Positions 58,572-64,000 of a stretch of 64,000 bases of DNA are shown here, one piece after another. Every line of letters starts with the position of its first letter. Position 1 is the first letter of the stretch. The notes beneath the pieces are model-generated. The model saw only the letters and a list, made by a program, of their open reading frames with translations, did no database searches and was not told the DNA's origin. Source of the stretch: a virus; IMG/VR virus record IMGVR_UViG_3300042516_005163, positions 11,140 to 75,139 of that record. One strand, written 5' to 3'. Position numbers and translations under genes: made by a program.

Positions 58572-59074
58572 TAACAACAATTAACAAAGATATTTTAACA
58601 GTGGATAAAGGAGTCATTGTTCACTCTGTCAACTGCGTTGGAGTGGTGGGTGGATTAGCAGGAGCAATTGCTCGCAAATGGCCCAAGAATGCAGGAGAAT
58701 ATCGTGCTCATGTGAAACGTCATCTTCCCATTATGCTGCTAGGCAGCGTGTTTGAAGTGAACGTAGCGCATAACATCATTGTAGCCAATCTATTTGGTCA
58801 GAACAATGTTGGTACTCATGAGAGGCAGACAGAATACTCTGCTCTCATTACTGGATTCAAGACCATTGCTGGCATGATATTTTATGGCAATGATAAAATT
58901 CCTGATTACAGTAGTCACGAATATTATAATTCTACAATCACTCTTCAAGACATTTATATTCCATACAAAATCGGCTGCGGGTTGGGTGGTGCTGATTGGA
59001 ATATTGTAGAAGAAATCTTGCACAAAATCTTTGAAAAGAGCTTTAACGATGTATACATTTGCAGGCATGAATAA
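58568..59074 (+). CDS. Macro domain protein (ADP-ribose processing)
   Basis: DIL...IVHSVNCVG.VGGLAGAIARKWP, VANLFGQ, IPYKIGCGLGGADW. Confidence 0.88.
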   Translation: MITTINKDILTVDKGVIVHSVNCVGVVGGLAGAIARKWPKNAGEYRAHVKRHLPIMLLGSVFEVNVAHNIIVANLFGQNNVGTHERQTEYSALITGFKTIAGMIFYGNDKIPDYSSHEYYNSTITLQDIYIPYKIGCGLGGADWNIVEEILHKIFEKSFNDVYICRHE

Positions 59075-59336
59075 AACTATCAAATGCGCTTGCTATCACG
59101 AACTTCTTCATCTTGAATGGGATGAAGAATTGCAACAAATTGAATTATCAATTTGGAGCCCGCAATCAACTGACACCAGAATGTCATGGCGCCAGCGTTT
59201 GCGTTATTGTTGGCGAATTTTGACCAAAGGTCACCCATATGGTGATCAACTAATCTTAGAAAAGCAGCACATTGCAGAGCTGGTTGATTATCTAATAGAA
59301 GTACAAAATCAAGAACTAAACGGAAATAAGATATAA
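59067..59336 (+). CDS. Hypothetical protein
   Basis: C.C.HE..WRQRLRYCW..G.PYGDQ. Confidence 0.55.
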   Translation: MNKTIKCACYHELLHLEWDEELQQIELSIWSPQSTDTRMSWRQRLRYCWRILTKGHPYGDQLILEKQHIAELVDYLIEVQNQELNGNKI

Positions 59337-59337
59337 T
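59322..59337 (+). promoter_or_regulatory. GGAAA-N5-TATAAT promoter
   Basis: GGAAA taaga TATAAT, 7 nt to ATG 59345. Confidence 0.7.
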
Positions 59338-59344
59338 AAAAACT

Positions 59345-59614
59345 ATGAATGTATATAAAACTGAATTCAAAAAGAAGAACGGACAACTTCGTTCAATTAC
59401 GTTTGTGCGCCCATCTGTTGAACAAGCTGATGAAGCTTTTATTTCAACTAACATTAAAGGTGTACGCCATGTTGTATTAGATGAAGAATTTGAACGCGTG
59501 TGGGATGTTGAAGCAAATGGTTTTCGTACGATTAATCATAAAGAACTCACCCAACCAATTGAACAAGTTGGGTTAGGCGTGTATGTTGAAACAACTAATA
59601 CATTTACTTGGTAA
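59345..59614 (+). CDS. SH3-fold WYL-like nucleic-acid-binding protein
   Basis: F.KKNG.LR....VWDVEANGFRTIN. Confidence 0.6.
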   Translation: MNVYKTEFKKKNGQLRSITFVRPSVEQADEAFISTNIKGVRHVVLDEEFERVWDVEANGFRTINHKELTQPIEQVGLGVYVETTNTFTW

Positions 59615-59913
59615 TGATTGATTCTAACGACAACTTAAAGTCTATTCTACAATTAGCTGAAGAAATTACTTCAAATGAGCGTATTATAGAATATGGTCAC
59701 CCCGCTGTGAATTTTATCGATATTGCAGCAATGTGGTCTGTTATTCTCAAAACAAATGTAACCCCCACGCAAGTAGGGCTTTGCAATATCGCAACAAAAA
59801 TTTGTCGTGAGATCAACTTACATAAACGAGACAATCTCGTTGACATTGCAGGTTATGCAAAAGCTATTGATTTAGTCCAACAATACAATAGTGACAATGA
59901 AGAAGAAGACTAG
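59614..59913 (+). CDS. DUF6378-like (MazG/dNTP diphosphohydrolase-related) protein
   Basis: R...YGHP..NF..IAAMWS..K..R....HKRDNLVDIAGYA. Confidence 0.7.
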   Translation: MIDSNDNLKSILQLAEEITSNERIIEYGHPAVNFIDIAAMWSVILKTNVTPTQVGLCNIATKICREINLHKRDNLVDIAGYAKAIDLVQQYNSDNEEED

Positions 59914-60611
59914 ACTTTAGCACCTTTTATAAAATTATCTTCAGACCAAAGTGGCTGTAAATTCGAGATATGGTTAAGCTTGATTGCATCTTCCATAGTC
60001 ATTGCAGATGCAATTGGTATTTTATGATCAATGTGCCAACATCCTTTACCAAACCCATGGTTAGCCCAATTCATACCCGGTTGGAATAAGCGTTCAAAAT
60101 GTTCTTTAGCTTCTTGCCAAGAACAACCAAGTAACGTTTCGGTTTTAGCAGATTTGTTTTGACCGATACGTTTAAAAGCACGTCGTGAATTACCCCGTAA
60201 ATTTTGTCTAAATCTATATAATGGGTCAGTTTTATAACGATTGTTAATTCTAAGTTTTGTTTTTTCCTTATTAACTACTGTGTTACGATGAGCTTTTATT
60301 CTTTCTTTATTAACAATACACCATTTTTGCTGGTTGATTGTTAGTTGTTCTTTATTAGTATTATAATAAAATTGTTGATAAAGCTTAATTTTTTCTTTAT
60401 TATTTTCACGATAATTTTGTTGCACCTGTTTGATTTTAAGCTTACTAGCATTATAATAAGCTCGTTGTCTATTTTTAATTTGCTCCTTATTAGTTTCGTA
60501 ATAATTTTTCTGATTAAGCTTTATTTTAAGTTTATTATCATTATGATAAGTTTTATCATAAGTTTTTTTACTTTCTTTCTTTGTAGTATTTTGTTGTGTT
60601 GTATCAATCAT
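59910..60611 (-). mobile_element. Free-standing HNH homing endonuclease
   Basis: N-term YY..NKE.I repeats; LLGCS..HFE..F.PGMNW.NHG..WHIDH.IP..NLQPLW..DN..K. Confidence 0.85.
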
Positions 60612-60624
60612 CGCATAAATATTT

Positions 60625-60694
60625 ATACCTCAAGCACTTTCTTTCAACATCATTCATCGCAGAAAATTAGAAAGATATAAGGTGCTTGAGGTAT
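60625..60694. repeat. 13-bp perfect inverted repeat (long hairpin) in divergent intergenic region
   Basis: ATACCTCAAGCAC (60625-37) / GTGCTTGAGGTAT (60682-94); inner TCTTTC/GAAAGA pairing. Confidence 0.85.
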
Positions 60695-60720
60695 TATTTT
60701 AATAATAATATAATGTAAAT

Positions 60721-61044
60721 ATGAAAAACAAATCAAGGTCGCTGACGGTTAAACCAACGAGAGTTAAGGTCAAAAAGGTTCGACTTAAGAAACCAAAGTC
60801 AGATAAACCAGTCAAAGTAAAAGAGTATGGTAAGTATAAAAAGTTAAAACCAGTTGCTCTTAAACCAGAGCAGATGGGAGTTACCTTTATATATGAAGTA
60901 CTTAAAATCGACAATAACGGTGAGCCATCCCTTACACGTCGTATTAAGCTTAACAAAGGTAAAGTGATAAAGGAAATATATTACAATTTAGTAAAAGATG
61001 AATTTGAAAATACAGTCGGTGAGTCCAACTCTTGGGATGCTTAA
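60721..61044 (+). CDS. Lys-rich hypothetical protein
   Basis: TATAAT 6 nt upstream; highly basic N-term. Confidence 0.55.
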   Translation: MKNKSRSLTVKPTRVKVKKVRLKKPKSDKPVKVKEYGKYKKLKPVALKPEQMGVTFIYEVLKIDNNGEPSLTRRIKLNKGKVIKEIYYNLVKDEFENTVGESNSWDA

Positions 61045-61273
61045 TGCTGATGAAGCTCGTAAACTTACATCAGTTACAATTCAAGATGCTTTAATCAAAA
61101 TGATCGAACGTGAAATTATCGACCGTGCAGCTCGTGGTTATAAACATTTTATGTCAACAATTGTATTAGCAGATAGCGGGTTACAATTTCTTCGTGACAA
61201 CGGTTATAAAGCAGAGTTATGTGAAGATGATACCTTAAAATGTCTAATAGGTACGATTATCTCTTGGGAGTAA
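61037..61273 (+). CDS. Hypothetical protein
   Basis: ADEARK..I..AARG..L..NGYK..ISW phage motif. Confidence 0.6.
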   Translation: MLNADEARKLTSVTIQDALIKMIEREIIDRAARGYKHFMSTIVLADSGLQFLRDNGYKAELCEDDTLKCLIGTIISWE

Positions 61274-61275
61274 CT

Positions 61276-61539
61276 ATGATTGAGTTCATTGGATGGATCG
61301 GCTCGATGTTATTTGCTCTATGTGCATTACCTCAAGTCATTTTAGTTTGGAAACAAAAACATGCTCGTGGTCTATCGTGGGGTTTTATTAATATGTGGTT
61401 TTGGGGAGAGGTGTTATGCTTTATCTACGTAGCAAGTCAACCAGTTCTTCAGATACCTCTTTTAACAAATTATATATTGAATTTTGTATTGCTGTTAATT
61501 ATTTTCTTCTTTAAAGTAAAAGGAAATTACTTAAAATAA
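61276..61539 (+). CDS. PQ-loop (SemiSWEET-like) 3-TM membrane protein
   Basis: IGWIG..LFALCALPQV..VWKQKHARGLSW. Confidence 0.8.
   Translation: MIEFIGWIGSMLFALCALPQVILVWKQKHARGLSWGFINMWFWGEVLCFIYVASQPVLQIPLLTNYILNFVLLLIIFFFKVKGNYLK
61522..61537 (+). promoter_or_regulatory. GGAAA-N5-TAAAAT promoter
   Basis: GGAAA ttact TAAAAT, 7 nt to ATG 61545. Confidence 0.65.
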
Positions 61540-61544
61540 AACAT

Positions 61545-61904
61545 ATGAAAGTTATTCGTGATTTACCAAAACGTGATTTTAGTGAGCTTAACGCTGCGCA
61601 GAATTATCTATTTGATAAAATGCCAGTGATAGGTAGTAGTTTGTTATTTATCCCGGTTATTGCGCAGATGGAAATGCCTGCTCTTCCCAGACTTATGAGT
61701 AATAGAGCAGAACGAGCTGCTCTTGAAACAACTTGGCTTACTCGTATCAAATCATTTATTCATACTTTTGAACAAGCTATTGAACAAGAACGTCGCAAGG
61801 TGTTTACCCCGGTTAAATGTTATACGCTAACTGATCCTCTTCCTGGTGAATATATTGATCGGTCTCCATTATCATACTGCGAATTTAAGCAGTTGTGTGT
61901 TTAA
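61545..61904 (+). CDS. Hypothetical protein
   Basis: 119 aa with promoter. Confidence 0.55.
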   Translation: MKVIRDLPKRDFSELNAAQNYLFDKMPVIGSSLLFIPVIAQMEMPALPRLMSNRAERAALETTWLTRIKSFIHTFEQAIEQERRKVFTPVKCYTLTDPLPGEYIDRSPLSYCEFKQLCV

Positions 61905-61920
61905 GGAAATTCTATATAAT
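61905..61920 (+). promoter_or_regulatory. GGAAA-N5-TATAAT promoter
   Basis: GGAAA ttcta TATAAT, 6 nt to ATG 61927. Confidence 0.7.
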
Positions 61921-61926
61921 AAACGT

Positions 61927-62199
61927 ATGAATAGTATTATTTGTGGTTGTGGATCTCCCGTTGAACAAGAACGAGTTGAACTATTGAATAGTCGTATTTG
62001 TTCTTCTTGTGCTAATGAAACTCAAAAGAATTGGCAAAAGCCTAAAGGCGTTATGGTATGGGGACATAAAACGGCTGCAGAAATTCAAATTCTTTCTCCA
62101 GAACAATTTGCTAATCATCGTAAATATAACCCATATGGTCGGCATACCGGTCGGGGATCTGGCTTGCATCGTATTACAAAAACAACCTCTTGCATGTAA
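61927..62199 (+). CDS. DksA/TraR-like C4 zinc-finger protein
   Basis: CGCGSPVEQERVELLNSRICSSCA then HKTA motif. Confidence 0.6.
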   Translation: MNSIICGCGSPVEQERVELLNSRICSSCANETQKNWQKPKGVMVWGHKTAAEIQILSPEQFANHRKYNPYGRHTGRGSGLHRITKTTSCM

Positions 62200-62203
62200 T
62201 AAT

Positions 62204-62356
62204 ATGAAATCTGAACTTAAATTTTCTATCTTTGTAATTACTTTCACTGTTATTGTTTATTCATATATGTTTTATGCTTCTACTGAAGATAAACTATCTG
62301 AACCAGTGCCAATGATTTACGACTATGTATCGACCGCACAACAGCTACTATGCTAG
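62204..62356 (+). CDS. Small membrane protein
   Basis: MKSELKFSIFVITFTVIVYSYMFYA. Confidence 0.4.
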   Translation: MKSELKFSIFVITFTVIVYSYMFYASTEDKLSEPVPMIYDYVSTAQQLLC

Positions 62357-62424
62357 AGGTTGCAAAGCAGCACTCATTGCATCCGTTTCACTTGCTATTC
62401 TTTTAATCCTCGCTATTCTATAAC

Positions 62425-63498
62425 ATGGGCGGCAATTTACTCAAAACTTGGAATCTTCCAGAGAAACGTATTCCTACTGATGAATACAACTGGATCAAAA
62501 ATGAACTAATCTCTAAGTTCAAAACTGATTGTAAGATCAACAGACCTACTCAGCTATGGGCTAATGTAGCTCCATCGATTAGAGACAAGGAGACTCATGG
62601 AGATTTAGATATCATCATTGGTCGTTTTGAAGATCCAGCTATTTCTATGCACTGGAAAGATGAAAATAATTTTGGCATTTATCTAGAAAAAGAGTTCGGT
62701 TATAAGCCATTTAAGAATAGCAATGTCTATTCTTTTCCATACAAAGGGTTTCAAGTAGATGTAACCTTTCACCCCATGCATGACTTCAACATGGCTGTTG
62801 ATTACTCTTCTTGGGGTGATCTTGGCAACATTATGGGCAGAGTCTTTCATAAAATGGGACTGCACTTTGGCCATTCCGGTTTGTCTTTTTGGATTCGTCA
62901 AGGACTGTTCGATAACAATCTTCAATGGAGTGATAGTGATCACATCTACGAAAAGGTTATTCTCACAAACAATATGATTGAAATTTGTGAGATTGGTGGC
63001 TTTGATTATTTGAGATGGCAAAAAGGCTTTGACACCGAGCAAGATGCTTTCAACTTTGTTGTTGATAGCAAATACTTTCATCCAGATTTGTTTCAGCTTG
63101 AAAATCTCAATCACACCAATCGCACTCGCAATCGCAAGCGTGGCATGTACATGCGTTTCATTGAGCATGTAAATGGTTCTTATTGGAAGCCTGCTGCTTT
63201 TACTTTCAAGAGCAAACATGAATATAGTTTGATGATGCAATGCAAATACAAACATCTGCAAGATGCCATCAGCTATTATCGCTTGCTGTATGAGATGGAC
63301 AAAATTGTTGCTGCTAAAGTAAATGGCAAGCTTGTCATGGAGTGGCTTGATCTCACCGAGAAGGATGGCAAGCTCATTGGTCAAATCATGAACAAAGTTA
63401 GAGAGCTAGGCAAATACAAGTTGATCGAGATGAGTTCAGTGGATATAATCAATCTCGTAGTAGAGACTCACAAACAACTTACAAATGAGAAAGTTTAA
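62425..63498 (+). CDS. Pol-beta superfamily nucleotidyltransferase
   Basis: MGGN.., KETHGDLDII (G-DxD), FQVDV, DLGNIMGRVFHKMGLHFGHSGL; C-term NG..VM....L..G..IG like CCA-enzyme tail. Confidence 0.7.
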   Translation: MGGNLLKTWNLPEKRIPTDEYNWIKNELISKFKTDCKINRPTQLWANVAPSIRDKETHGDLDIIIGRFEDPAISMHWKDENNFGIYLEKEFGYKPFKNSNVYSFPYKGFQVDVTFHPMHDFNMAVDYSSWGDLGNIMGRVFHKMGLHFGHSGLSFWIRQGLFDNNLQWSDSDHIYEKVILTNNMIEICEIGGFDYLRWQKGFDTEQDAFNFVVDSKYFHPDLFQLENLNHTNRTRNRKRGMYMRFIEHVNGSYWKPAAFTFKSKHEYSLMMQCKYKHLQDAISYYRLLYEMDKIVAAKVNGKLVMEWLDLTEKDGKLIGQIMNKVRELGKYKLIEMSSVDIINLVVETHKQLTNEKV

Positions 63499-63736
63499 GC
63501 ATAACAATCAAAACTATGAGTATGTGGTTGGTAGTAAATTCATTAAAATTGTCAACCGCGATACAAACAAAAGCGTTTGTCTTAGAAAAGAAAAAACAGC
63601 TCCTGTTTATTATGATTGTGAGTTTAATTGCAATCCTGATCCAACAAATGAATCATCTGCATGCCCGCATGCAAAGCCATATACATTCGTTAGTCCATCA
63701 AACATCAAACAACTAATTCAACGCGAAGGAATTTAA
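63485..63736 (+). CDS. Hypothetical protein
   Basis: YEYVVG..VSPSNIK. Confidence 0.5.
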   Translation: MRKFKHNNQNYEYVVGSKFIKIVNRDTNKSVCLRKEKTAPVYYDCEFNCNPDPTNESSACPHAKPYTFVSPSNIKQLIQREGI

Positions 63737-63737
63737 T

Positions 63738-64000
63738 ATGCAAGACTTTAAACTAGAACACACAGAGCCGGACAAGGTCTACGAAACTGTAGACGCAATC
63801 AAAGATAAAGCACCTCAATATCTCTACTATGAGATTGAAGTGAGTCGTAAACAAACTGCATTTGTTAATGTGCGTGTTCCTGCTAATAAACCAATTGACT
63901 GGAAGAATGCACAAAAAATTGCAGAAGCTGCAGTTGAACAAAATGTCAGAAGTTACGACTGGGAAGTTGACTACCCCGATGATGATATCGAAGTTGAATA
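63738..64000 (+). CDS. Hypothetical protein (partial, runs off window)
   Basis: Open frame from ATG 63738 to end. Confidence 0.5.
   Translation, partial: MQDFKLEHTEPDKVYETVDAIKDKAPQYLYYEIEVSRKQTAFVNVRVPANKPIDWKNAQKIAEAAVEQNVRSYDWEVDYPDDDIEVE

Noticed and set aside
14665-61920. AGGAAA as a Shine-Dalgarno
   Set aside because: It lies 16-18 nt from the ATG and its spacing is fixed to the -10 box, not to the start codon
62683-63384. 233-aa antisense ORF inside the nucleotidyltransferase
   Set aside because: No motifs or promoter; typical antisense shadow of a real gene
1-64000. tRNA, rRNA or self-splicing introns
   Set aside because: No cloverleaf/T-loop signatures found by eye and no conserved gene is split; a tRNAscan-SE/Infernal run would be needed to exclude them fully

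Overview
A 64 kb AT-rich segment of a large T4-like (contractile-tailed) phage of a Gram-negative host, read in the standard genetic code. About 1-37 kb is late/structural: tail completion, sheath, tube, hub, tape measure, baseplate (gp25/gp6/gp53/gp27-like), putative head-internal proteins, and several fibres/adhesins. dUTPase, a clamp loader and a late-expressed CysC are interspersed. About 37-45 kb holds a dTDP-rhamnose pathway, a RadA-like ATPase, a holin/spanin/M15-endolysin cassette and PseT. About 45-64 kb is a dense accessory region of small genes. Four free-standing homing endonucleases occur across the window. Three things stand out. (1) Two paralogous ~70-aa proteins consist only of the catalytic GGQ domain of class I release factors, each in a co-duplicated, order-permuted three-gene cassette. 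(2) A fixed-spacing motif GGAAA-N5-TA(T/C/A)AAT occurs 11 times, 10 of them 5-7 nt before an ATG. (3) About 25 T4-type late TAAATA boxes also lie 5-9 nt before start codons. Points 2 and 3 imply a largely leaderless transcriptome, and together with point 1 suggest a phage ribosome-hijacking/recycling system (hypothesis). No tRNA, CRISPR array or reverse transcriptase was seen. All family calls are from motif recognition, not database searches.
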